Positions 1 through 11,032 of a stretch of 37,310 bases of DNA are shown in pieces. Location of the stretch: the NCBI GenBank assembly GCA_964637495.1, contig CAZWWJ010000001.1:15569-52878 (forward strand), given 5' to 3'. Position 1 is the first letter of the stretch; each line of letters opens with the position of its first letter. This stretch comes from an uncultured Candidatus Peribacteria bacterium. Its GTDB lineage: Bacteria > Patescibacteriota > Gracilibacteria > Absconditabacterales > Absconditicoccaceae. A program made the position numbers and the translations under genes. The notes below the pieces were generated by a model that saw nothing but the letters and a program-made list of their open reading frames with translations, had not been told where the DNA came from and made no database searches.

Positions 1-357
1 GTTTGTTTCTTCGTCTTCTTGCAAATCATTTTCAATATTATTAGCTTCTTCATCTACATCTTCTTCTTCATTTTCTGATATTTCCTCATCTTCATTGTTT
101 CCCTCAGCTTCTTCATTTTCTGATATTTCCCCATCTTCATTGTTTCCCTCAGATTCTTCATATATCTGCTCATCCACATCATCTGAAAATTCCTGCTTAA
201 TAGAATCCAATTCATCCTGATACTCTTCTTCCAATTTTTCTCTGTATTCTTGTTCTTCTTGCTTTGCAGTCTCTTGAGCTTCATAGTACATATAATAAGT
301 TACACCACTTCCAACAATCAAAACAGCAACTACAAAATAAAAAAAATTTTTCAGCAT
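1..357 (-). CDS. Membrane-anchored acidic repeat protein, N-terminal part (C-terminus lies beyond the window start)
   Basis: ATG at 355-357 (complement). MLKNFFYFVVAVLIVGSGVTYYMYY is a single N-terminal TM helix. It is followed by an E/D/N/Q-rich tail with two 15-aa repeats (xEGNNEDxEISENEE). The frame stays open to position 1. No family recognised. Confidence 0.6.
   Translation of the reverse strand, partial: MLKNFFYFVVAVLIVGSGVTYYMYYEAQETAKQEEQEYREKLEEEYQDELDSIKQEFSDDVDEQIYEESEGNNEDGEISENEEAEGNNEDEEISENEEEDVDEEANNIENDLQEDEETN
66..155. repeat. 45-bp direct tandem repeat, two copies (66-110 and 111-155), 43/45 identical
   Basis: cttcattttctgatatttcc[t/c]catcttcattgtttccctcag[c/a]tt is read twice in a row. 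It is in frame and encodes the 15-aa acidic repeat of the CDS at 1..357. Confidence 0.8.
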
Positions 358-372
358 TTTTGTTGTTTAAAA

Positions 373-1344
373 TTAAAATTTTTTATAGTAACTTAATATT
401 CCTGCTACTCATATCATAGCAGCATTATCAGTTGAATAAATATTTTTTACAGGAACTATAAATTCTTTTCCCGTATTTTTGTTAACATAATCTACTAAAT
501 TTTTATTACAAGAAACCCCACCAGCTATTCATATTGTATTTGCTTCATAAACTTCAGAAGCTTTTATAAGTTTTTTTCAAAGTATTTCAACTATACATTC
601 CTGAGCCTCAAAACATATATTACACACATCCTGCTCACTCAAACCAGAACTATTATCAATTATCCTTTTAACTCCTGCTTTTATTCACGAAAAACTAAAG
701 TTAAAATCACCCGAATCCAAATAAGCTCTTTTCAAATAAAACCTTGAGTCATTTACTCATACAGAAGCTTTTTCTCATACCCAAGCCCCTCAGGGATAAG
801 GTCCACCAAGCATCTTTGAGATTTTGTCAAAACATTCTCCCGCAGCATCATCTATTGTTCTTCAAAGTCTTTCTATAGAAAAACCGTTCTTATTATAATC
901 TACATAATAAATATCATTGTGTCCTCACGAGGCAGTTAAAACAATTATGGGAAAACTTGTTTCATCAACACTTCTTTCAAGAAAAAGAGAAAATATATGT
1001 CAGTTTATATGATTCACTTCAACAACTTCTTTTCAAAAATACTCTCCCAAAGAATAAGCTCATGTAATTCAAACTATCAAAGAACCGGGCAATCACGGAG
1101 TTGATGTTACACTTACAAAATCAACATCATTTATATCTTCTTTTCAAATGTTTTTCAGCAAGGCCTGAAATTTTTCATTATGTAGTCTTGAGGCAATTTC
1201 AGGAACTACTCCACCATATTCTTGATGATTTTTGATTTGTGAAAAACTTATTAATTTTTTTTCTCTAAAAAAACTTCAGTTACCTTCTATTATTCCTATT
1301 GAAGTGTCATCACAACTTGTTTCTATAGCCAAAGTTTTTACCAA
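373..1344 (-). CDS. tsaD: tRNA N6-adenosine threonylcarbamoyltransferase TsaD (Kae1/Gcp family)
   Basis: With TGA=Gly the product reads MVKTLAIETSCDDTSIGII..., VNHINGHIF (HxxGH metal site, with its Gly encoded by TGA at 1000-1002) and C-terminal STDNAAMIGVAG. It has 324 codons with no in-frame TAA/TAG (checked codon by codon). Start assigned to TTG at 1342-1344, the first start-like codon after the in-frame stop at 1360-1362. Stop TAA 373-375. Confidence 0.85.
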
Positions 1345-1373
1345 ACTATTAATTTTAATTTATAAAATATATC

Positions 1374-3380
1374 TTATCAAGTAAACTCTTCAAAAAAATC
1401 TGGCAGATTATATCTTAATATTCCTTCTCCAGTTACAAGATATAATATCGGATTTTCTCAGGAATCTACAAAAGCAGATTCTATATCCTGTTCATCTAAA
1501 TTAAAATCTATTGTAAAAAAGTGTCTTAAATCATACTCCATTTCTCTTCAAGGTGTAGTTTTTTGAGGATTTTCAGAAACATAAGCAGTAAATGTTTGTT
1601 TTTCGTTATCAAACAAGTATACATAATCTGATCATTCATAAGTTAAAACATCTACTTCTTCACTATACTCACCTTCTGTCCCGGCTTCTCCAACTCTATC
1701 TATACTGCGTGCTTCAAGGTATCAAGTATCTGCGTTTCTGCGAAACTGAAAGATTTCTTTCCTTTCTTTTGACCAGGTCAGGAAACTGCCATCAATTGCT
1801 AAATTTGTTACTCCACCCTCTATTGCATTCTGATATTGATCTAAAGCATCAGGATCAATATCATATAAATTTTCTACTCAAAACTCAGTTTGACTACCTG
1901 GTTTATTTGAATACATAGATATTATAGAACCTTGTTGATTAACTTCCTCATTATCAATAAGTGTATAAATACGACTTTCTCAATATATATTTACATCTTT
2001 TATACCTGAATAGAATCCATCAGAGTCGGTTGTTACAGTTTCTATTCATCCGTTTGTTACATTAATTATGTCTCAATCCTCTGAAAAACAATATAATCAA
2101 TCTCTTACTAAATTCAGACTACATCAATCCATAAACACTGGTAAATCATATTCTACAGTTGTACCTCTTGCTTCTTCGTTTACAATATTAAGCATAGCTC
2201 ACTCATCACCACCTATCATTAATCAATCATCATAATAAACAGAAAGTATCTCTCAAATATTTTCAATTTCTTCTTCTTCAAACTCAAAGATTTTATTTCA
2301 CGAAACATCATCTATTATCACCACATCAAATCAATCATAGTAAACTTCATCCAAAGTATGTCTTAATTCTTCAACATCATGAGACCATCTACCAAGATCC
2401 TCAAGAGCAGTTAATTTATTATCTATACTTTGATATTTTTGCTCTCTTTCAGGACCAGATTCCATATTACTTAATATACCAATCTCCTCTTCAATATCTT
2501 CGATATCATAATCTATTGTTACCTGCTCTCAGTCTACTTCTACAACTTCATTAGTTGATGAACCTATAAAAGAAGTTACCATCGTATAAAGAAGATAGAA
2601 AACAAACAAAAAACCTATAGTAACAGCTATTGGATACCTAAATCTAACAAGAAATTCTTTAACTCCTTGAGTATACTTTAACGAACTTAATATTTTTTCT
2701 TTAACATTCTGTTGATCAATAACTGTTTCAAATTCTACTGAATTCAATAATATAAAGAATATGTCATCTTCATTTATTCTTGAAGAAATATTTTCTTTAA
2801 AATTATTTATAAATCATTCAAGATCCTCTGATTCTTCAAAATACTCCTGTATTTCATCTTTTACAAAAATTTCGGTCAGATTAGTTCCAACACATAAGAT
2901 TCTGTCATTGTTTTCAAGGTCTCACTCCAAAAAATCTGTAAATGTATCTATTTTATCTTCCTTTGAAAAATCATTATCCACAAGATAATTTAATTTTGAA
3001 TTTCTAAATATCACTGTACTTACATCTCCTATCATTGAAGAAATATAAGTACCATTATAAAATATTTGTACCACTCATTTAATCTCAAATCTTTCTACAT
3101 CCTTTATTTTTTCGGAAAAGGTAGAAAGTTTTGTATTCATTCATTGCAACTTCTCCTCAAATCCTGATTTTAGTTTTTTTACAGTAATTTCTTCCACAGG
3201 TGATACAAAATCTATTAATTCTGAAAAAAACTCATTAAATAGATCTTTCTGATACTCAAGGAACTTATCTGTATTTAACAATACTTCTCCCTGCAGGATA
3301 ACTCATTCTCAAAAATCCCTGTAGACAGAAACTTTTTTTTCATCATCTACAGAAAAAAATTTGTGTTGTTGTAGTTTCAT
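1374..3380 (-). CDS. Hypothetical single-pass membrane protein, 668 aa
   Basis: Runs from ATG 3378-3380 to TAA 1374-1376. There is no in-frame TAA/TAG over 669 codons (checked codon by codon) and there are many in-frame TGA. One hydrophobic helix, PIAVTIGFLFVFYLLYTMVTSFIG, sits near aa 240-265, between a ~240-aa N-terminal domain and a ~400-aa acidic C-terminal domain. The track ORF 2529..2747 is an internal fragment of this gene. Confidence 0.6.
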
Positions 3381-3425
3381 ATTTTTTAAAATATAAAGAA
3401 ATAAAAAGTCTAATCCTATTAATAA

Positions 3426-4160
3426 CTAATTTTTAATTTTTTTCAACATAAAATAAGGCAAAAATAAACTATAGTAAACTTTTTTGAAATTCTTTTTTGG
3501 ATTTGTAAGAAGTCTGTAAAACCATTCAAGTTTAGCTTTTCTTATCATATAAGGTGCTCTTTTTTCTGCTCATCCAAGAAAATCAAACAATCCTCATACT
3601 CAAAAAACCATAATATTATATTTTTTGATATTTTCCATATTTTCCAGTATCCGTATTTCCTGAAGAGGTGTACCAAGCCCTACAAGTAATATATTGTATC
3701 ACGTAACACCCTCAAAAACAGAAAAATCAAACTCATTATATCAATCATAAGCTTTTTTGACTTTTATTCAATAATATTCTTCAAAATTTTTCTGAGCTTT
3801 TTTAATAATATCCTCTTTTGCTCAAAAAAACACCAGATTTAGATCTTTGCTTTTAAATTTTGATAAAAAGTAAGGGGTAAAATCCGTACCATTTAAATTA
3901 TCTAATTTTTTTTTATACTGAGTTTTATAAAAAATCTGAAAAGCTATTCAATCAGGTAATATAACATCAGTATTTTCCAGAGATTTTGCATATTGTTTTT
4001 CTTTCTGGGTTTTTGAATCATTTGATCAAAACAAGTTTAAAAAAGGAATATTTGCAAAATACAAAAAATTAACAATTGCATATCCTTTTTCTTTATATAT
4101 TTTATTAATAGTTTCTACAGCTTCTTTTTTATTACCACTGAAAACTTTATCAAGTACCAT
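3426..4160 (-). CDS. WecB/TagA/CpsF-family glycosyltransferase (UDP-ManNAc transferase-like)
   Basis: 244 aa. Motifs: VILPDGIAFQ, LLVGLGTPLQE, and VFGVGGLFDFLGGAEKRAPYMIRKAKLEWFYRL, which is the family signature G-G-x-FD-x-x-x-G-x-x-x-RAP ... LEW-x-YRL. Several of these Gly are TGA. ATG 4158-4160, stop TAG 3426-3428. Confidence 0.8.
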
Positions 4161-4180
4161 AAAAAAATTATTTATTCAAA

Positions 4181-6652
4181 CTAATTATCCATAATAGAAT
4201 CTATTTGATGAACAGCTGAAGAAGTATAAACTTCCTCGCCATCCTCATCAAATAAACTTATTCTTATATGATCCCCATCTCGTAGCAATGCATCATAATC
4301 TGCATAATGTGCAGGGCAAGAATAAACATTTGTTACTTCAAGATTAGGTTGGATTTCTGGAACAGATGGTATGTCTATATTATCGATTTGGCTTTCTGTT
4401 TCAAGATCAAAATCATACTCACAACCCTCACCTACACCATCTCACTCTGTATCAACCGGATCAGGGTTGTTTTCAAAAGGACACATATCATAAGTATCTG
4501 GAAATTTGTTTGCCATTTTATGCTGTTGTTTAAGTACTTCTTTGTCTAAATGCTCTTCAGAATATTCACAATTTTGAGGATCATCTACATTGTCAGGCTC
4601 TTCAGAAATAATACCAACAAAATTTTCCAAACCATCTCAGCTAATATCACTACTACATATATCTGGAATACCATCTCCACTAGTATCACACTGATACTGA
4701 GAAATATCTCACTCACATATACCTTCTCCTTCTATATTAACAGATGTTTTATTAATTATATCTTCTCAATCTTCTATAAAAATGTATGCTTTCACCTCAT
4801 AACTTCAGGAAGAATTATAGCTCCAGGAAGTTGACATAGGATTTTCTTGAGCATCAGGTGCTTGATCAGTACCTTTTATGGTTACATTATTACCATCACC
4901 AAATTCTCGTCTTATTTTTTCTATATGTTCTTGTTCAAAACCTTCAGAGATAATCTCAAATTCTATTTCTTCTCATACAGTTTTAGTTTCATCAGCTTTT
5001 ACTTCTAAACTAGAAGAAATATCTTTCATTGGATCTTTAGCATATATTGTAGCCAAAGACTCTAGATATGAATCTTCACCAAGATAACTTGTTTGCTTTA
5101 TATATTTGCTTCACTCAGACTCATCAAACACAAATAAACGAGTTAAACTATCTGTAGACACTGCTGATGTTTCATCACTATTCCAAATTATTTCCTCAAT
5201 ATTATCAGGAGCAGGCAGTTCTCAATCAACAGAGACTTCCATTCCATCTCATAAATTAACTATATAATCTTCTACTTCTAAGTTTGAAATATTCTGAACT
5301 TCCTGATTAGTAACATTCAAAGACGAAGTTGCCTGAGCAACAGTATTTCAATTTATATCTTTAGCATCGGCATTGACCGTATAAACTCAATCCTCTTCTA
5401 TAGTGTCTTGAAAACTTTGGTCAGGAGACAAAGTATCTGTGGAATATGCACTCCATTCAATTTCATTTATATTGCCATTATAACTAGGTTCACAATAAAT
5501 CTCTACTTCTGCAGAATCTTCATAATCACAATCTATACCAAGATAAACATAACTATCTTTATCTACTGCTGAAATTACCTTACTTGCGGTTAGTGTTTTA
5601 TTATAATAAGGAAAATGTGCAGTAGCTGTAACTGTATAAATTCATTCTTCTGTATAAGTATATACTATTTCTTCACCTTCCTGATAATCACCATTTCCAA
5701 AATCCCATTCTATATAAGAAGGATTACCTTCATATTCTGCCTCAAATTCTACCTGCAAATCCAAGTCTCAGGTAATTTTATCAGTATTTATATCAAGCGA
5801 AATATTTTCCTGCAATAATGTATTAGGACAGTTAGAAATATCACCTTCGGATGCTTCAGCAGGTATATCAACCTCACTATGATCATCAAAAGGACAAACT
5901 GCATCACTTTCATCCAGCACATCATAAGAAATATTTCACTGATAATTTATTATTCATTCAGGATGAGTATTTCCATCGCCAGAGATATCAGTAGAACAAA
6001 CATCTCATACACCATCTCACGAAGTGTCTCTTTGAGATGGATTATATTCATAAGGACAGTTATCCAAATGATTTTTCACACCATCTCAGGAATAATCAAG
6101 CACAAACTCACTTCCTAGGTTGTTGTATATCCTACCAAAGGCAGTTATTGCTTCTTCTCAAGATATCAATTCTTCATAGTTATCTACTTGACCAAAAAAA
6201 TTATTTTCTAGTTGTTCACTGAGTCACTCTTCTATACTTTCTGCTAAAATTAAAACATCCTCATAAGTTGCGTTATTATATCATCATATTCAATTGTTGT
6301 TGTTTATTTCTTCAACAATTTCATCCAGTACTCAGTCTTCAAAAGATCTAAGTACACAATTTTTTCTTAATTGATTGTTTTCTATCTGTTCAGATGTATC
6401 AGGATATTCTTCTGCAAAATCTTCCATTAGTCAGGATTTTGCATTTTCAAAGTCTTGAGGAGGAACTTTGCAGTTAAATCATTGAGATTTGTTTCCAAGT
6501 ATAATTATTTCAAACCTTGAAATACTATCCTGGTTGGAAATATCTTCATAAGAATAACTTATATCATCCAAATCATTTTTAAAATTTTCATTAGCATTAA
6601 CAAATGTTAACCCTAAAAAAACCAAAACCATAAGTAAAATTATTTTTTTCAT
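4181..6652 (-). CDS. Secreted 823-aa surface protein with thrombospondin type-3-like Ca-binding repeats and PKD-like domains
   Basis: Signal-peptide-like N-terminus MKKIILLMVLVFLGLTFVNA. TSP3 signature: [43 protein letters not shown], and again near the C-terminus (CDTSGDGIPDICSSDISGDG ... CPFENNPDPVDTEGDGVGEGCEYD). PKD signature: WDFGNGDYQEGEEIVYTYTEEGIYTVTATA. There is no in-frame TAA/TAG over 824 codons (checked codon by codon). Stop TAG 4181-4183. Confidence 0.75.
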
Positions 6653-6793
6653 ATCTTTATATTTTTATTTTTGGTATAAATAAAACACCCTCTTTAAATT
6701 ATATCCATTACACTCTGTTTGTCAAAAAATTTTATCATTGAAAAGAACCTAATTTTTATTATCATAAAAATATTTAATTGTATTTACAAAATA

Positions 6794-7684
6794 ATGAAAG
6801 CTATAGAGGTAAATAATTTCTATAAATCTTTTGAAAAAAACAAAATAATTAATTGAATTGATTTTTTTGTTAACAAGGGTGAAATTTTTGCATATCTTGG
6901 CACCAACTGAAGTGGAAAAACCACCACTATAAGAAGCCTTTTGAATATTTACTCTCCGGATAGCTGAACTCTAAAAATCAACTGAAAAAATACAACTGAA
7001 ATTGATACATCACAAATTGGATATCTACCGGAAGAAAGAGGTTTATATCTTGATATGACAGTTGCAGAAATTATGGAATACTTTGGCAGATTAAAAAAAC
7101 TTTCAAAAAACAAAGCAAAACAAAACTGACTAAAATACCTTGAAAAAGTAGGTTTGGAAAACAAACGAAACCTAAACATCAAACAACTTTCTTCAGGTCA
7201 GCAACAAAAAATTCAGCTTTGAATATGTATAATCAATTCACCTGAAATTCTAATATTAGATGAGCCTTGGAAATGATTAGACCCTCTTAACAGAAAACTT
7301 TTTATAGACTTATTCTTAGAACTCAAAAAAATATGAACAACTATTCTTTTCTCATCTCATCAAATGGAAGATGTAGAAAAAGTTTGTGATAGTTTATTAA
7401 TCTTAAAAGACTGAAAATCCAAAGCTTTCGGAAACATTCAGGATGTTAAAAAAAGTTTTGGAAAAAATACTATAAAATTATACTATCAGGGCGAACTACC
7501 AAAAGAAACAAACTTATTTGCAGCAAACATCGAATGAAATTATGCTGAAATAATACCCAAAAACAATTCCTGTAGTAACTCAATAATTGATTATCTTATC
7601 AATAATAACATCAAAATTCTTAATTTTGAATACTCTTATCCTAGTCTTAATGAAATTTTCATAAACATATTCAAAAACAATTAA
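6794..7684 (+). CDS. ABC transporter ATP-binding protein (ABC-2/NatA-like)
   Basis: Walker A is G-T-N-[TGA]-S-G-K-T-T (TGA at 6908-6910). Signature motif LSSGQQQK. Walker B ILILDEP. H-loop SSHQMED. 296 aa. ATG 6794, TAA 7682-7684. Confidence 0.9.
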
Positions 7685-7750
7685 AAAAATCTTTAAATTC
7701 ACTAAAAAATAACTATAAAAAACTTAGTATTTAAATTATAAAACACAAAA

Positions 7751-8563
7751 ATGTCTAATAACTACCCTGAAATGCCAAAGATTTGATTTGGTACCTGGCA
7801 AATCAAAGATGAAAATTGCATTCAAAGCGTACAAAATGCTCTTGAATTAGGATACAAACATATTGATACTGCCATAGCTTATTGAAATGAAGAAGAAGTA
7901 TGAAAATGAATTAAAAACTCCAACATCCCAAGAGAAGAAATCTTCTTAACAACCAAAATATGGATGGATAGCTTAAAACATCAAGATGTAATAGATTCTG
8001 TAAACTGAAGTCTTGAGAGGCTCCAAACTAATTACCTTGATTTAATATTAATACACCGACCTTCCAACAATGTGCCCTTAAAAGAAACTCTGGAAGCTAT
8101 GAAAGAACTACAAAACAAGCAAAAAGTAAGATATATTTGAGTAAGCAATTTTACTACAAAGCTTTTAAAGGATTGTATTGATATACTAGGAGAAAACTCT
8201 ATCTATGCAAATCAAGTAGAGTATCATATTTTTCTGGATCAATCAAAACTTCTGAATTTCTGTAGAGAACATAATATAAAACTTGTAGCATATTCTCCTC
8301 TTGCTCACTGAAATCTTATCCAGAATGACAAAATTAAAGAAATTGCTGAAAAATATCAAAAAACTACATCACAAGTAGCTCTTAAATGGCTTATTCAACA
8401 AGAAAATGTTTATGCAATACCTAGATCTCAAAGTTATAATCACATAAAAGAAAACTTCCAGATATTTGATTTTGAATTAGATGAAACTGATTTTGAAAAA
8501 TTGAATAATCTACCAAAAAACAAAAGAGTACTTAATCCTCCTTTTGCTCCTGAATGGGATTAA
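7751..8563 (+). CDS. Aldo/keto reductase (2,5-diketo-D-gluconate reductase-like)
   Basis: Motifs: [45 protein letters not shown]. 270 aa. ATG 7751, TAA 8561-8563. Confidence 0.9.
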
Positions 8564-8584
8564 TTTAAAAACTAAATAAATATT

Positions 8585-9262
8585 ATGTTTGTGGTATTAG
8601 ATTGAGTTGATGGATCCTGAAAAGCAACACAGACCCAACTTACTATAGAAAATCTAAAAAACAATTGATATAAAGCAGATAATATATCTTTTCCAAGTTA
8701 TTGACACGAAACTGCAACATTTGTGGAAAAATTCCTCAACAAAGAATTTTGAGATCCTGAGACAATAGATCCTTTAATATCAAGTAGCTTTTATATTCTA
8801 GACAGATTCTGACAAAAACAAAAACTTTTAGAAAAAATAAATCAAAATGATTACCTTATTTCCGATAGATACAGTACAGCAAACTTTATTCACAGAGGAA
8901 CCAAATACCTTCAAAATAATGATATAGAATGACTTGAATTTTTCTTTGATCGGTTAGAAGAATTTGAATTTCAAAGAGCTAAACTACCAAAACCAGATAT
9001 TATAATATTTTTAAGCCTTGGAATAGAAAACATTCAAAATCTTATCAAAGAAAAAGTAAACCAGAATAGAAACTATATCAAAAATGGAGAATTAGATGAG
9101 GCAGAAAAAAATATTCAGCATCAAAAACTTTCTCTGGAAATTTGAAAAAATTATCTGCCCAAATACTTTGATAATTTCTATATAGTGGAATGTGAAGACA
9201 AACAATGAAATATACTTTCCAAAGAAGAAATTAACAGCAAAATTCTTAACTTAATAACATAA
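8585..9262 (+). CDS. tmk: Thymidylate (dTMP) kinase
   Basis: P-loop MFVVLDGVDGSGKATQ, with two of its Gly encoded by TGA (8603-8605, 8618-8620). LISDRY motif. 225 aa. TAA 9260-9262. Confidence 0.85.
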
Positions 9263-9270
9263 ACAAAAAA

Positions 9271-9290
9271 GCCACCTTGAAGGTGACTTT
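9271..9290. terminator. Weak hairpin between convergent genes (possible bidirectional terminator)
   Basis: gCCACCttgaaGGTGac is flanked by an A-run upstream and tttctt downstream. The stem is only 4-6 bp. Confidence 0.25.
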
Positions 9291-9291
9291 C

Positions 9292-9699
9292 TTATAATGG
9301 TATAGTATCAACTGGTAAATTATCTAATAAAAATACATATTCTTCTTCATCATTATCATAAGTTATTCTTAACTCTCTTCTTTCATTCATTCAACCAAGT
9401 GTTCTGTTGATTATTATAACTACACTATCTTCTTCTAGTATTACTTCTTCTACATCTTCATTTCTCTCAAGATGATTTGTTTTAATATAGTCAGCTAACT
9501 TTTCTTCCAGATCTAAGCCATTAATGTTTTTTGGTATTACTCAATTCTTCATCATACTTGTACATACATCATCAATAGAAATATTTCACTTTGCTGTACT
9601 TTCAAATACATTAAGCAACCTTTTTCTTGTATCTGACACGACGACGGGTTCTGGATTTTCTCATTGTGAACTAAAATCACCCGAAATACCTTCTCTCAT
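9292..9699 (-). CDS. Hypothetical protein, 135 aa
   Basis: Runs from ATG 9697-9699 to TAA 9292-9294. Open with four in-frame TGA (checked codon by codon). MREGISGDFSSQGENPEPVVV... No family recognised. Confidence 0.55.
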
Positions 9700-9921
9700 T
9701 GTTTATTATATTATTTACTAAATAAAATGCTATCTATATATAATCTTTTTTTTTCCTATGTCAACTTCTTTTTTTCCCATTCAAATAAGAAAAATTAAAA
9801 AAAACTTGATATTTTATAGTATTTGCTTAATAATATTAACTTGTTGAACCTCAAAATAAGATTGACTTTTATTGTAAAATTAATATATATAAATAAATTT
9901 ACTATATAATTAAAACATTCT

Positions 9922-11013
9922 ATGGTAGAAACAAAAGAAACTAGCTTTGATGAAAATACACACGAAAATGTAAGCGAAAAAAGTGCACTAATTGTCAAAA
10001 TTTGATCAAAACCTATTCAGGAAATAGCCAATAAGCCTATAATTAGGAAAGAAAATAACTTATTAAAAGAAAAAGTTGCCAATTGTTTTTTGTATTATTT
10101 TTATTACTGTACTGATCAATTCTACAAAATTATAGCAAAATACTCCAAAGATTTTTCTAAACCAACTGTTAAAAGAATGGTTAGACACTTCCAGAAACAG
10201 TTTGTACAAGTCTTTCAGGACAATCCAAATATGGCAACAGCTATTGTAACATCCTGAGCTGTAAGACTTGGAAGAGATCGTCTGGGAGAACAAAAACCAC
10301 CACAAGAAGCAGCATCAATTGGACAAACTCTTCTTGTAAAAGCATGGGACGAAGTACTTAAAAGAAAAAATGTATGACAATTTTTACTTGATAAAAATCT
10401 AGAAAAAAGCTATGAAGATTTTAAAGATAAAAATATAAAAAGAAGAATATTAAGATCATATTCTAAAACTGTAGAAAGTAATTTACAGGATGATGTGATT
10501 CCGGTTTTTAACTGGAATGACACACTAGATACAGAAGAACTTGATAAAGTTGACAAAGATATTATATCTGAAGAAAATAATGAACAATCTAATAAAGAAG
10601 ATGATACAACACTTAAATTAGAAGACAATGACCAGGTAGCTTATTTTGTTACAGAAATTCTGAAAAATCTTTCTACTTTATCTTATGAACAACTAGAATC
10701 TTATAACAATATTAGAGTCATTTTCTTTACAACACCATTTACTAAAGAGAAACCTAATGGAGAACGTGAAATAGAACCATATTTATCATACAATGACATA
10801 CAAAAAAAGATAGAAGAAGAATGTTGAGAAAAATCAGAAGATGGTACATGAGGTATGAAAGGCAAATTAGAAACTATTCAGGATATGCTAAATCAAAAAT
10901 CAGATACTGATATAAGAGTTGTACTTGCAGATATTAGAACAAGTCTAACTGAAGCATTAGAAATGGCAGAAAACAAACAGTGAAACAAGTATGCAACAGT
11001 AATTACAAAATAA
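9922..11013 (+). CDS. Hypothetical protein, 363 aa (first gene of a three-gene plus-strand operon)
   Basis: Runs from ATG 9922 to TAA 11011-11013. It contains the track fragment 10495..10827 in the same frame and is interrupted only by TGA. It is soluble and K/E-rich. No family recognised. Confidence 0.6.
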
Positions 11014-11032
11014 TTTATCAATAAATGAAAAA

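Noticed and set aside
1592-1918. Plus-strand track ORFs such as 1592..1918, 4307..4549, 4550..4834, 5615..5818, 5879..6118, 14099..14443, 14767..14991, 19061..19291, 19358..19561, 25433..25759, 29425..29756, 31821..32177 and 34799..35026.
   Set aside because: They lie antisense to long, motif-supported minus-strand genes and encode low-complexity L/F/S/I-rich strings typical of shadow frames in AT-rich DNA.
2529-2747. Treating the track ORF (TTG start at 2747) as the start of a separate gene.
   Set aside because: The frame is continuously open upstream to ATG 3380, with no stop and no intergenic spacer, so I report one 668-aa CDS. A split remains possible and is flagged in the findings.
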